NCBI RefSeq assembly: GCF_009914755.1
Contig: NC_060936.1
Strand: one strand, 5' to 3'
From: the human T2T-CHM13v2.0 reference genome, Homo sapiens
Length of the DNA stretch: 64,000 nucleotides
Every line of letters begins with the position of its first letter. Position 1 is the stretch's first letter. Positions 26,201 through 40,300 of this stretch are shown one piece after another. The translations under genes and the position numbers were made by a program. The notes beneath the pieces were generated by a model. That model was given only the letters and a program-made list of their open reading frames with translations, had not been told where the DNA came from and searched no databases.

Positions 26201-29200
26201 TTTATACGAAGATGTTTCCTTTTCTACCTTTGGTCTCAAAGCGATTGAAATCTCCACATGGAAACTCCACAAAAAGAGTGTTTCAAATCTGCTCTTTCTG
26301 AAGGAAGGTTCAACTCTGTGAGTTGAATACACACCCCACAAATAAGTTACTGGGAATTCTTCTGTGTAACATTATATGAGGAAATCCCGTTTCCAACGAA
26401 GGCCTTAAAGAGGTCCAAATATCCACTTGCAGACTTTACAAAGACAGTGTCTCCAAACTCCTCCATCAAAAGAAAGGTTATACTCTGTGAATTGAACGCA
26501 CACATCACAAAGTAGTTTCTGAGAATGATTCTGTCTAGTTTTTATACGAAGATATTTCCTTTTCTACATTTGGCCTAAAAGCGCTTGAAATCTCCACCTG
26601 CAAATATCACAAAAAGAGGGTTTCACATCTGCTCTGTCTAAAGGACAGTTCACCTCTGTGAGTTGAATAGAGGCAACACAAAGAACTTACTCAGTATTCT
26701 TCTTTCTAGCATTCTATGAAGAAATCCCGTTTCCAACGAAGGCCCCAAAGAGGTCCAAATATCTGCTTGCAGACTTTACAGACAGAGTTTTTCCAAACTG
26801 CTCCATCAATAGAAAGGTTAAACTCCTTGAGTTGAACACACACATCCCAAAGTAGTTTCTGTGAATGATTCTGTCTAGTTTTTATAAGAAGATGTTTCCT
26901 TTTCTACCTTTGGTCTCAAAGCGATTGAAATCTCCACATGGAAACTCCACAAAAAGAGTGTTTCAAATCTGCTCTTTCTGAAGGAAGGTTCAACTCTGTG
27001 AGTTGAATACACACACCACAAAGAAGTTACTGAGAATTCTTCTGTGTAACATTACATGAGGAAATCCCGTTTCCAACGAAGGCCTCAAAGAGGTCCAAAT
27101 ATCCACTTGCAGACTTTACAAAGACAGTGTCTCCAAACTCCTCCATCAAAAGAAAGGTTATACTCTGTGAATTGAACGCACACATCACAAAGTAGTTTCT
27201 GAGAATGATTCTGTCTAGTTTTTATACGAAGATATTTCCTTTTCTACATTTGGCCTAAAAGCGCTTGAAATCTCCACCTGCAAATATCACAAAAAGAGGG
27301 TTTCACATCTGCTCTGTCTAAAGGACAGTTCACCTCTGTGAGTTGAATAGAGGCAACACAAAGAACTTACTCAGTATTCTTCTTTCTAGCGTTCTATGAA
27401 GAAATCCCGTTTCCAACGAAGGCCTCAAAGAGGTCAAATATCTGCTTGCAGACTTTACAGACAGAGTGTTTCCAAACTACTCTATGAAAAGAAAGCTTAA
27501 ACTCCTTGAGTTGAACGCACACATCACAAAGTAGTTTCTGAGAATGATTCTGTCTAGTTTTTATACGAAGATGTTTCCTTTTCTACATTTGGTCTCAAAG
27601 CGATTGAAATCTCCAACTGGAAACTGCACAAATAGGCTGTTTCAAATCTGCTCTGTCTAAAGGAAGGTTCAGCTCTGTGAGTTGAATACACACACCACAA
27701 ATAAGTTACTGAGAATTCTTCTGTCGAACATTACAGGAAGAAATCCCGTTTCCAACGAAGGCCTCAAAGAGGTCCAAATATCCACTTGCAGACATTACAA
27801 ACAGTGTGTTTCCCAACTGCTCCATCAAAAGAAAGGTTAAACTCTGTGAGCTGAACACACACATCAAAAAGAAGTTTCTGTGAATGATTCTGTCTAGATT
27901 TTATAAGAAGATGTTTCCTTTTCTACCGTAGGCCTCAAAGCGCTTGAAATCTCCAGCTGCAAATTCCACAAAAAGGGTGTTTAACATCTGCTCTTCTAAA
28001 GGAAAGTTCAACTCTATGAGTTGAATACACACAGCACAAAGAAGTTACTGAGACTTCTCCTATCAAACATTATATGAAGAAATCCCGTTTCCAACGAAGG
28101 CCTCAAAGAGGTCCAAATATCTGCTTGCAGACTTTACAGAGAGTGTTTCCAAACTGCTCCATCAAAAGAAAGGTTAAACTCCTTGAGTTGAACACACACA
28201 TCACAAAGTAGTTTCTGTGAATGATTCTGTCTAGTTTTTATACGAAGATGTTTCCTTTTCTACCTTTGGTCTCAAAGCGATTGAAATCTCCACATGGAAA
28301 CTCCACAAAAAGAGTGTTTCAAATCTGCTCTTTCTGAAGGAAGGTTCAACTCTGTGAGTTGAATACACACACCACAAATAAGTTACTGAGAATTCTTCTG
28401 TGTAACATTATATGAGGAAATCCCGTTTCCAACGAAGGCGTCAAAGAGGTCCAAATATCCACTTGCAGACTTTACAAAGACAGTGTCTCCAAACTCCTCC
28501 ATCAAAAGAAAGGTTATACTCTGTGAATTGAACGCACACATCACAAAGTAGTTTCTGAGAATGATTATGTCTAGTTTTTATACGAAGATATTTCCTTTTC
28601 TACATTTGGCCTAAAAGCGCTTGAAATCTCCACCTGCAAATATCACAAAAAGAGGGTTTCACATCTGCTCTGTCTAAAGGACAGTTCACCTCTGTGAGTT
28701 GAATAGAGGCAACACAAAGAACTTACCCAGTATTCTTCTTTCTAGCATTCTATGAAGAAATCCCGTTTCCAACGAAGGCCCCAAAGAGGTCCAAATATCT
28801 GCTTGCAGACTTTACAGACAGAGTTTTTCCAAACTGCTCCATCAAAAGAAAGGTTAAACTCCTTGAGTTGAACACACACATCACAAAGTAGTTTCTGTGA
28901 ATGATTCTGTCTAGTTTTTATAAGAAGATGTTTCCTTTTCTACCTTTGGTCTCAAAGCGATTGAAATCTCCACATGGAAACTCCTCAAAAAGAGTGTTTC
29001 AAATCTGCTCTTTCTGAAGGAAGGTTCAACTCTGTGAGTTGAATACACACACCACAAATAAGTTACTGAGAATTCTTCTGTGTAACATTATATGAGGAAA
29101 TCCCGTTTCCAACGAAGGCCTCAAAGAGGTCCAAATATCCACTTGCAGACTTTACAAAGACAGTGTCTCCAAACTCCTCCATCAAAAGAAAGGTTATACT

Positions 29201-32080
29201 CTGTGAATTGAACGCACACATCACAAAGTAGTTTCTGAGAATGATTCTGTCTAGTTTTTATACGAAGATATTTCCTTTTCTACATTTGGCCTAAAAGCGC
29301 TTGAAATCTCCACCTGCAAATATCACAAAAAGAGGGTTTCACATCTGCTCTGTCTAAAGGACAGTTCACCTCTGTGAGTTGAATAGAGGCAACACAAAGA
29401 ACTTACTCAGTATTCTTCTTTCTAGCGTTCTATGAAGAAATCCCGTTTCCAACGAAGGCCTCAAAGAGGTCAAATATCTGCTTGCAGACTTTACAGACAG
29501 AGTGTTTCCAAACTACTCTATGAAAAGAAAGCTTAAACTCCTTGAGTTGAACGCACACATCACAAAGTAGTTTCTGAGAATGATTCTGTCTAGTTTTTAT
29601 ACGAAGATGTTTCCTTTTCTACATTTGGTCTCAAAGCGATTGAAATCTCCAACTGGAAACTGCACAAATAGGCTGTTTCAAATCTGCTCTGTCTAAAGGA
29701 AGGTTCAGCTCTGTGAGTTGAATACACACACCACAAATAAGTTACTGAGAATTCTTCTGTCAAACATTACAGGAAGAAATCTCGTTTCCAACGAAGGCCT
29801 CAAAGAGGTCCAAATATCCACTTGCAGACATTACAAACAGTGTGTTTCCCAACTGCTCCATCAAAAGAAAGGTTAAACTCTGTGAGCTGAACACACACAT
29901 CAAAAAGAAGTTTCTGTGAATGATTCTGTCTAGATTTTATAAGAAGATGTTTCCTTTTCTACCGTAGGCCTCAAAGCGCTTGAAATCTCCAGCTGCAAAT
30001 TCCACAAAAAGGGTGTTTAACATCTGCTCTTCTAAAGGAAAGTTCAACTCTATGAGTTGAATACACACAGCACAAAGAAGTTACTGAGACTTCTCCTGTC
30101 AAACATTATATGAAGAAATCCCGTTTCCAACGAAGGCCTCAAAGAGGTCCAAATATCTGCTTGCAGACTTTACAGACAGAGTGTTTCTAAACTGCTCCAT
30201 CAAAAGAAAGGTGGAACTCCTTGAGTTGAACACACACATCACAAAGTAGTTTCTGTGAATGATTCTGTCTAGTTTTTATACGAAGATGTTTCCTTTTCTA
30301 CCTATGGTCTCAAAGCGATTGAAATCTCCACATGGAAACTCCACAAAAAGAGTGTTTCAAATCTGCTCTTTCTGAAGGAAGGTTCAACTCTGTGAGTTGA
30401 ATACACACACCACAAATAAGTTACTGAGAATTCTTCTGTGTAACATTATATGAGGAAATCCCGTTTCCAACGAAGGCCTCAAAGAGGTCCAAATATCCAC
30501 TTGCAGACTTTACAAAGACAGTGTCTCCAAACTCCTCCATCAAAAGAAAGGTTATACTCTGTGAATTGAACGCACACATCACAAAGTAGTTTCTGAGAAT
30601 GATTCTGTCTAGTTTTTATACGAAGATATTTCCTTTTCTACATTTGGCCTAAAAGCGCTTGAAATCTCCACCTGCAAATATCACAAAAACAGGGTTTCAC
30701 ATCTGCTCTGTCTAAAGGACAGTTCACCTCTGTGAGTTGAATAGAGGCAACACAAAGAACTTACTCAGTATTCTTCTTTCTAGCATTCTATGAAGAAATC
30801 CCGTATCCAACGAAGGCCCCAAAGAGGTCCAAATATCTGCTTGCAGACTTTACAGACAGAGTTTTTCCAAACTGTTCCATCAAAAGAAAGGTTAAACTCC
30901 TTGAGTTGAACACACACATCACAAAGTAGTTTCTGTGAATGATTCTGTCTAGTTTTTATAAGAAGATGTTTCCTTTGCTACCTTTGGTCTCTAAGCGATT
31001 GAAATCTCCACATGGAAACTCCTCAAAAAGAGTGTTTCAAATCTGCTCTTTCTGAAGGAAGGTTCAACTCTGTGAGTTGAATACACACACCACAAATAAG
31101 TTACTGAGAATTCTTCTGTGTAACATTATATGAGGAAATCCCGTTTCCAACGAAGGCCTCAAAGAGGTCCAAATATCCACTTGCAGACTTTACAAAGACA
31201 GTGTCTCCAAACTCCTCCATCAAAAGAAAGGTTATACTCTGTGAATTGAACGCACACATCACAAAGTAGTTTCTGAGAATGATTCTGTCTAGTTTTTATA
31301 CGAAGATATTTCCTTTTCTACATTTGGCCTAAAAGCGCTTGAAATCTCCACCTGCAAATATCACAAAAAGAGGGTTTCACATCTGCTCTGTCTAAAGGAC
31401 AGTTCACCTCTGTGAGTTGAATAGAGGCAACACAAAGAACTTACTCAGTATTCTTCTTTCTAGCGTTCTATGAAGAAATCCCGTTTCCAACGAAGGCCTC
31501 AAAGAGGTCAAATATCTGCTTGCAAACTTTACAGACAGAGTGTTTCCAAACTACTCTATGAAAAGAAAGCTTAAACTCCTTGAGTTGAACGCACACATCA
31601 CAAAGTAGTTTCTGAGAATGATTCTGTCTAGTTTTTATACGAAGATGTTTCCTTTTCTACATTTGGTCTCAAAGCGATTGAAATCTCCAACTGGAAACTG
31701 CACAAATAGGCTGTTTCAAATCTGCTCTGTCTAAAGGAAGGTTCAGCTCTGTGAGTTGAATACACACACCACAAATAAGTTACTGAGAATTCTTCTGTCG
31801 AACATTACAGGAAGAAATCCCGTTTCCAACGAAGGCCTCAAAGAGCTCCAAATATCCACTTGCAGACATTACAAACAGTGTGTTTCCCAACTGCTCCATC
31901 AAAAGAAAGGTTAAACTCTGTGAGCTGAACACACACATCAAAAAGAAGTTTCTGTGAATGATTCTGTCTAGATTTTATAAGAAGATGTTTCCTTTTCTAC
32001 CGTAGGCCTCAAAGCGCTTGAAATCTCCAGCTGCAAATTCCACAAAAAGGGTGTTTAACATCTGCTCTTCTAAAGGAAAG
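17285..32080. repeat. 14.8-kb block repeated at +31,920 (49205-64000, running off the window end)
   Basis: The text lines match in register (17401=49321, 20221=52141, 30181=62101, 30781=62701, 31501=63421), including private variants gtGGaactcc, ccgtAtcc, cctttGcta and tgcaAac. Confidence 0.95.
18300..30300. repeat. Near-tandem duplication, offset 6,111 bp (18 dimers)
   Basis: Paired markers include cacCccac…actGggaat 20221/26332, catcaaTag, ttaCatgag, the 2-bp deletion acagagagtg (~22029/28140), aggcGtc, gattAtgtc, the broken CENP-B box 23671/29782 and tttcTaaac. Confidence 0.93.
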
Positions 32081-35000
32081 TTCAACTCTATGAGTTGAAT
32101 ACACACAGCACAAAGAAGTTACTGAGACTTCTCCTATCAAACATTATATGAAGAAATCCCGTTTCCAACGAAGGCCTCAAAGAGGTCCAAATATCTGCTT
32201 GCAGACTTTACAGACAGAGTGTTTCCAAACTGCTCCATCAAAAGAAAGGTTAAACTCCTTGAGTTGAACACACACATCACAAAGTAGTTTCTGTGAATGA
32301 TTCTGTCTAGTTTTTATACGAAGATGTTTCCTTTTCTACCTTTGGTCTCAAAGCGATTGAAATCTCCACATGGAAACTCCACAAAAAGAGTGTTTCAAAT
32401 CTGCTCTTTCTGAAGGAAGGTTCAACTCTGTGAGTTGAATACACACACCACAAATAAGTTACTGAGAATTCTTCTGTGTAACATTATATGAGGAAATCCC
32501 GTTTCCAACGAAGGCGTCAAAGAGGTCCAAATATCCACTTGCAGACTTTACAAAGACAGTGTCTCCAAACTCCTCCATCAAAAGAAAGGTTATACTCTGT
32601 GAATTGAACGCACACATCACAAAGTAGTTTCTGAGAATGATTCTGTCTAGTTTTTATACGAAGATATTTCCTTTTCTACATTTGGCCTAAAAGCGCTTGA
32701 AATCTCCACCTGCAAATATCACAAAAAGAGGGTTTCACATCTGCTCTGTCTAAAGGACAGTTCACCTCTGTGAGTTGAATAGAGGCAACACAAAGAACTT
32801 ACTCAGTATTCTTCTTTCTAGCATTCTATGAAGAAATCCCGTTTCCAACGAAGGCCCCAAAGAGGTCCAAATATCTGCTTGCAGACTTTACAGACAGAGT
32901 TTTTCCAAACTGCTCCATCAAAAGAAAGGTTAAACTCCTTGAGTTGAACACACACATCACAAAGTAGTTTCTGTGAATGATTCTGTCTAGTTTTTATAAG
33001 AAGATGTTTCCTTTTCTACCTTTGGTCTCAAAGCGATTGAAATCTCCACATGGAAACTCCTCAAAAAGAGTGTTTCAAATCTGCTCTTTCTGAAGGAAGG
33101 TTCAACTCTGTGAGTTGAATACACACACCACAAATAAGTTACTGAGAATTCTTCTGTGTAACATTATATGAGGAAATCCCGTTTCCAACGAAGGCCTCAA
33201 AGAGGTCCAAATATCCACTTGCAGACTTTACAAAGACAGTGTCTCCAAACTCCTCCATCAAAAGAAAGGTTATACTCTGTGAATTGAACGCACACATCAC
33301 AAAGTAGTTTCTGAGAATGATTCTGTCTAGTTTTTATACGAAGATATTTCCTTTTCTACATTTGGCCTAAAAGCGCTTGAAATCTCCACCTGCAAATATC
33401 ACAAAAAGAGGGTTTCACATCTGCTGTGTCTAAAGGACAGTTCACCTCTGTGAGTTGAATAGAGGCAACACAAAGAACTTACTCAGTATTCTTCTTTCTA
33501 GCGTTCTATGAAGAAATCCCGTTTCCAACGAAGGCCTCAAAGAGGTCAAATATCTGCTTGCAGACTTTACAGACAGAGTGTTTCCAAACTACTCTATGAA
33601 AAGAAAGCTTAAACTCCTTGAGTTGAACGCACACATCACAAAGTAGTTTCTGAGAATGATTCTGTCTAGTTTTTATACGAAGATGTTTCCTTTTCTACAT
33701 TTGGTCTCAAAGCGATTGAAATCTCCAACTGGAAACTGCACAAATAGGCTGTTTCAAATCTGCTCTGTCTAAAGGAAGGTTCAGCTCTGTGAGTTGAATA
33801 CACACACCACAAATAAGTTACTGAGAATTCTTCTGTCGAACATTACAGGAAGAAATCCCGTTTCCAACGAAGGCCTCAAAGAGGTCCAAATATCCACTTG
33901 CAGACATTACAAACAGTGTGTTTCCCAACTGCTCCATCAAAAGAAAGGTTAAACTCTGTGAGCTGAACACACACATCAAAAAGAAGTTTCTGTGAATGAT
34001 TCTGTCTAGATTTTATAAGAAGATGTTTCCTTTTCTACCGTAGGCCTCAAAGCGCTTGAAATCTCCAGCTGCAAATTCCACAAAAAGGGTGTTTAACATC
34101 TGCTCTTCTAAAGGAAAGTTCAACTCTATGAGTTGAATACACACAGCACAAAGAAGTTACTGAGACTTCTCCTATCAAACATTATATGAAGAAATCCCGT
34201 TTCCAACGAAGGCCTCAAAGAGGTCCAAATATCTGCTTGCAGACTTTACAGACAGAGTGTTTCCAAACTGCTCCATCAAAAGAAAGGTTAAACTCCTTGA
34301 GTTGAACACACACATCACAAAGTAGTTTCTGTGAATGATTCTGTCTAGTTTTTATACGAAGATGTTTCCTTTTCTACCTTTGGTCTCAAAGCGATTGAAA
34401 TCTCCACATGGAAACTCCACAAAAAGAGTGTTTCAAATCTGCTCTTTCTGAAGGAAGGTTCAACTCTGTGAGTTGAATACACACACCACAAATAAGTTAC
34501 TGAGAATTCTTCTGTGTAACATTATATGAGGAAATCCCGTTTCCAACGAAGGCCTCAAAGAGGTCCAAATATCCACTTGCAGACTTTACAAAGACAGTGT
34601 CTCCAAACTCCTCCATCAAAAGAAAGGTTATACTCTGTGAATTGAACGCACACATCACAAAGTAGTTTCTGAGAATGATTCTGTCTAGTTTTTATACGAA
34701 GATATTTCCTTTTCTACATTTGGCCTAAAAGCGCTTGAAATCTCCACCTGCAAATATCACAAAAAGAGGGTTTCACATCTGCTCTGTCTAAAGGACAGTT
34801 CACCTCTGTGAGTTGAATAGAGGCAACACAAAGAACTTACTCAGTATTCTTCTTTCTAGCATTCTATGAAGAAATCCCGTTTCCAACGAAGGCCCCAAAG
34901 AGGTCCAAATATCTGCTTGCAGACATTACAGACAGAGTTTTTCCAAACTGCTCCATCAAAAGAAAGGTTAAACTCCTTGAGTTGAACACACACATCACAA

Positions 35001-37355
35001 AGTAGTTTCTGTGAATGATTCTGTCTAGTTTTTATAAGAAGATGTTTCCTTTTCTACCTTTGGTCTCAAAGCGATTGAAATCTCCACATGGAAACTCCTC
35101 AAAAAGAGTGTTTCAAATCTGCTCTTTCTGAAGGAAGGTTCAACTCTGTGAGTTGAATACACACACCACAAATAAGTTACTGAGAATTCTTCTGTGTAAC
35201 ATTATATGAGGAAATCCCGTTTCCAATGAAGGCCTCAAAGAGGTCCAAATATCCACTTGCAGACTTTACAAAGACAGTGTCTCCAAACTCCTCCATGAAA
35301 AGAAAGGTTATACTCTGTGAATTGAACGCACACATCACAAAGTAGTTTCTGAGAATGATTCTGTCTAGTTTTTATACGAAGATATTTCCTTTTCTACATT
35401 TGGCCTAAAAGCGCTTGAAATCTCCACCTGCAAATATCACAAAAAGAGGGTTTCACATCTGCTCTGTCTAAAGGACAGTTCACCTCTGTGAGTTGAATAG
35501 AGGCAACACAAAGAACTTACTCAGTATTCTTCTTTCTAGCGTTCTATGAAGAAATCCCGTTTCCAACGAAGGCCTCAAAGAGGTCAAATATCTGCTTGCA
35601 GACTTTACAGACAGAGTGTTTCCAAACTACTCTATGAAAAGAAAGCTTAAACTCCTTGAGTTGAACGCACACATCACAAAGTAGTTTCTGAGAATGATTC
35701 TGTCTAGTTTTTATACGAAGATGTTTCCTTTTCTACATTTGGTCTCAAAGCGATTGAAATCTCCAACTGGAAACTGCACAAATAGGCTGTTTCAAATCTG
35801 CTCTGTCTAAAGGAAGGTTCAGCTCTGTGAGTTGAATACACACACCACAAATAAGTTACTGAGAATTCTTCTGTCGAACATTACAGGAAGAAATCCCGTT
35901 TCCAACGAAGGCCTCAAAGAGCTCCAAATATCCACTTGCAGACATTACAAACAGTGTGTTTCCCAACTGCTTCATCAAAAGAAAGGTTAAACTCTGTGAG
36001 CTGAACACACACATCAAAAAGAAGTTTCTGTGAATGATTCTGTCTAGATTTTATAAGAAGATGTTTCCTTTTCTACCGTAGGCCTCAAAGCGCTTGAAAT
36101 CTCCAGCTGCAAATTCCACAAAAAGGGTGTTTAACATCTGCTCTTCTAAAGGAAAGTTCAACTCTATGAGTTGAATACACACAGCACAAAGAAGTTACTG
36201 AGACTTCTCCTATCAAACGTTATATGAAGAAATCCCGTTTCCAACGAAGGCCTCAAAGAGGTCCAAATATCTGCTTGCAGACTTTACAGACAGAGTGTTT
36301 CCAAACTGCTCCATCAAAAGAAAGGTTAAACTCCTTGAGTTGAACACACACATCACAAAGTAGTTTCTGTGAATGATACTGTCTAGTTTTTATACGAAGA
36401 TGTTTCCTTTTCTACCTTTGGTCTCAAAGCGATTGAAATCTCCACATGGAAACTCCACAAAAAGAGTGTTTCAAATCTGCTCTTTCTGAAGGAAGGTTCA
36501 ACTCTGTGAGTTGAATACACACACCACAAATAAGTTACTGAGAATTCTTCTGTGTAACATTATATGAGGAAATCCCGTTTCCAACGAAGGCGTCAAAGAG
36601 GTCCAAATATCCACTTGCAGACTTTACAAAGACAGTGTCTCCAAACTCCTCCATCAAAAGAAAGGTTATACTCTGTGAATTGAACGCACACATCACAAAG
36701 TAGTTTCTGAGAATGATTCTGTCTAGTTTTTATACGAAGATATTTCCTTTTCTACATTTGGCCTAAAAGCGCTTGAAATCTCCACCTGCAAATATCACAA
36801 AAAGAGGGTTTCACATCTGCTCTGTCTAAAGGACAGTTCACCTCTGTGAGTTGAATAGAGGCAACACAAAGAACTTACTCAGTATTCTTCTTTCTAGCAT
36901 TCTATGAAGAAATCCCGTTTCCAACGAAGGCCCCAAAGAGGTCCAAATATCTGCTTGCAGACTTTACAGACAGAGTTTTTCCAAACTGCTCCATCAAAAG
37001 AAAGGTTAAACTCCTTGAGTTGAACACACACATCACAAAGTAGTTTCTGTGAATGATTCTGTCTAGTTTTTATACGAAGATGTTTCCTTTTCTACCTTTG
37101 GTCTCAAAGCGATTGAAATCTCCACATGGAAACTCCACCAAAAGAGTGTTTCAAATCTGCTCTTTCTGAAGGAAGGTTCAACTCTGTGAGTTGAATACAC
37201 ACACCACAAATAAGTTACTGAGAATTCTTCTGTGTAACATTATATGAGGAAATCCCGTTTCCAACGAAGGCCTCAAAGAGGTCCAAATATCCACTTGCAG
37301 ACTTTACAAAGACAGTGTCTCCAAACTCCTCCATCAAAAGAAAGGTTATACTCTG
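25130..37355 (-). repeat. Run of six consecutive 12-mer units (A-B-C-D-A-D, ~2,038 bp each)
   Basis: Dimer order read from the markers is ABCDAD six times, with units starting at A markers near 25242, 27280, 29315, 31353, 33391 and 35429. Confidence 0.88.
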
Positions 37356-40300
37356 TGAATTGAACGCACACATCACAAAGTAGTTTCTGAGAATGATTCT
37401 GTCTAGTTTTTATACGAAGATATTTCCTTTTCTACATTTGGCCTAAAAGCGCTTGAAATCTCCACCTGCAAATATCACAAAAAGAGGGTTTCACATCTGC
37501 TCTGTCTAAAGGACAGTTCACGTCTGTGAGTTGAATAGAGGCAACACAAAGAACTTACTCAGTATTCTTCTTTCTAGCGTTCTATGAAGAAATCCCGTTT
37601 CCAACGAAGGCCTCAAAGAAGTCAAATATCTGCTTGCAGACTTTACAGACAGAGTGTTTCCAAACTACTCTATGAAAAGAAAGCTTAAACTCCTTGAGTT
37701 GAACGCACACATCACAATGTAGTTTCTGAGAATGATTCTGTCTAGTTTTTATACGAAGATGTTTCCTTTTCTACATTTGGTCTCAAAGCGATTGAAATCT
37801 CCAACTGGAAACTGCACAAATAGGCTGTTTCAAATCTGCTCTGTCTAAAGGAAGGGTCAGCTCTGTGAGTTGAATACACACACCACAAATAAGTTACTGA
37901 GAATTCTTCTGTCGAACATTACAGGAAGAAATCCCGTTTCCAACGAAGGCCTCAAAGAGGTCCAAATATCCACTTGCAGACATTACAAACAGTGTGTTTC
38001 CAAACTGCTCCATCAAAAGAAAGGTTAAACTCTGTGAGCTGAACACACACATCAAAAAGAAGTTTCTGTGAATGATTCTGTCTAGATTTTATAAGAAGAT
38101 GTTTCCTTTTCTACCGTAGGCCTCAAAGCGCTTGAAATCTCCAGCTGCAAATTCCACAAAAAGGGTGTTTAACATCTGCTCTTCTAAAGGAAAGTTCAAC
38201 TCTATGAGTTGAATACACACAGCACAAAGAAGTTACTGAGACTTCTCCTATCAAACATTATATGAAGAAATCCCGTTTCCAACGAAGGCCTCAAAGAGGT
38301 CCAAATATCTGCTTGCAGACTTTACAGACAGAGTGTTTCCAAACTGCTCCATCAAAAGAAAGGTTAAACTCCTTGAGTTGAACACACACATCACAAAGTA
38401 GTTTCTGTGAATGATTCTGTCTAGTTTTTATACGAAGATGTTTCCTTTTCTACCTTTGGTCTCAAAGCGATTGAAATCTCCACATGGAAACTCCACCAAA
38501 AGAGTGTTTCAAATCTGCTCTTTCTGAAGGAAGGTTCAACTCTGTGAGTTGAATACACACACCACAAATAAGTTACTGAGAATTCTTCTGTGTAACATTA
38601 TATGAGGAAATCCCGTTTCCAACGAAGGCCTCAAAGAGGTCCAAATATCCACTTGCAGACTTTACAAAGACAGTGTCTCCAAACTCCTCCATCAAAAGAA
38701 AGGTTATACTCTGTGAATTGAACGCACACATCACAAAGTAGTTTCTGAGAATGATTCTGTCTAGTTTTTATACAAAGATATTACCTTTTCTACATTTGGC
38801 CTAAAAGCGCTTGAAATCTCCACCTGCAAATATCACAAAAAGAGGGTTTCACATCTGCTCTGTCTAAAGGACAGTTCACCTCTGTGAGTTGAATAGAGGC
38901 AACACAAAGAACTTACTCAGTATTCTTCTTTCTAGCGTTCTATGAAGAAATCCCGTTTCCAACGAAGGCCTTAAAGAGGTCAAATATCTGCTTGCAGACT
39001 TTACAGACAGAGTGTTTCCAAACTACTCTATGAAAAGAAAGCTTAAACTCCTTGAGTTGAACGCACACATCACAAAGTAGTTTCTGAGAATGATTCTGTC
39101 TAGTTTTTATACGAAGATGTTTCCTTTTCTACATTTGGTCTCAAAGCGATTGAAATCTCCAACTGGAAACTGCACAAATAGGGTGTTTCAAATCTGCTCT
39201 GTCTAAAGGAAGGTTCAACTCTGTGAGTTGAATACACACACCACAAATAAGTTACTGAGAATTCTTCTGTCGAACATTACTTGAAGAAATCCCGTTTCCA
39301 ACGAAGGCCTCAAAGAGGTCCAAATATCCACTTGCAGACGTTACAAACAGAGTGTTTCCAAACTGCTCCATCAAAAGAAAGGTTAAACTCTGTGAGCTGA
39401 ACACACACATCAAAAAGAAGTTTCTGTGAATGATTCTGTCTAGATTTTATAAGAAGATGTTTCCTTTTCTACCGTAGGCCTCAAAGCGCTTGAAATCTCC
39501 AGCTGCAAATTCCACAAAAAGGGTGTTTAACATCTGCTCTTCTAAAGGAAAGTTCAACTCTGTGAGTTGAATACACACAGCACAAAGAAGTTACTGAGAC
39601 TTCTCCTATCAAACATTATATGAAGAAATCCCGTTTCCAACGAAGGCCTCAAAGAGGTCCAAATATCTGCTTGCAGACTTTACAGACAGTGTGTTTCCAA
39701 ACTGCTCCATCAAAAGAAAGGTTAAACTCCTTGAGTTGAACACACACATCACAAAGTAGTTTCTGTGAATGATTCTGTCTAGTTTTTATACGAAGATGTT
39801 TCCTTTTCTACCTTTGGTCTCAAAGCGATTGAAATCTCCACATGGAAACTCCACAAAAAGAGTGTTTCAAATCTGCTCTTTCTGAAGGAAGGTTCAACTC
39901 TGTGAGTTGAATACACACCCCACAAATAAGTTACTGGGAATTCTTCTGTGTAACATTATATGAGGAAATCCCGTTTCCAACGAAGGCCTTAAAGAGGTCC
40001 AAATATCCACTTGCAGACTTTACAAAGACAGTGTCTCCAAACTCCTCCATCAAAAGAAAGGTTATACTCTGTGAATTGAACGCACACATCACAAAGTAGT
40101 TTCTGAGAATGATTCTGTCTAGTTTTTATACGAAGATATTTCCTTTTCTACATTTGGCCTAAAAGCGCTTGAAATCTCCACCTGCAAATATCACAAAAAG
40201 AGGGTTTCACATCTGCTCTGTCTAAAGGACAGTTCACCTCTGTGAGTTGAATAGAGGCAACACAAAGAACTTACTCAGTATTCTTCTTTCTAGCATTCTA

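Noticed and set aside
30799-30815. CENP-B box variant tcccgtAtccaacgaag (also ~62725) as a broken box
   Set aside because: The change is at position 11 of the box, outside the nine core bases, so it is probably still functional.
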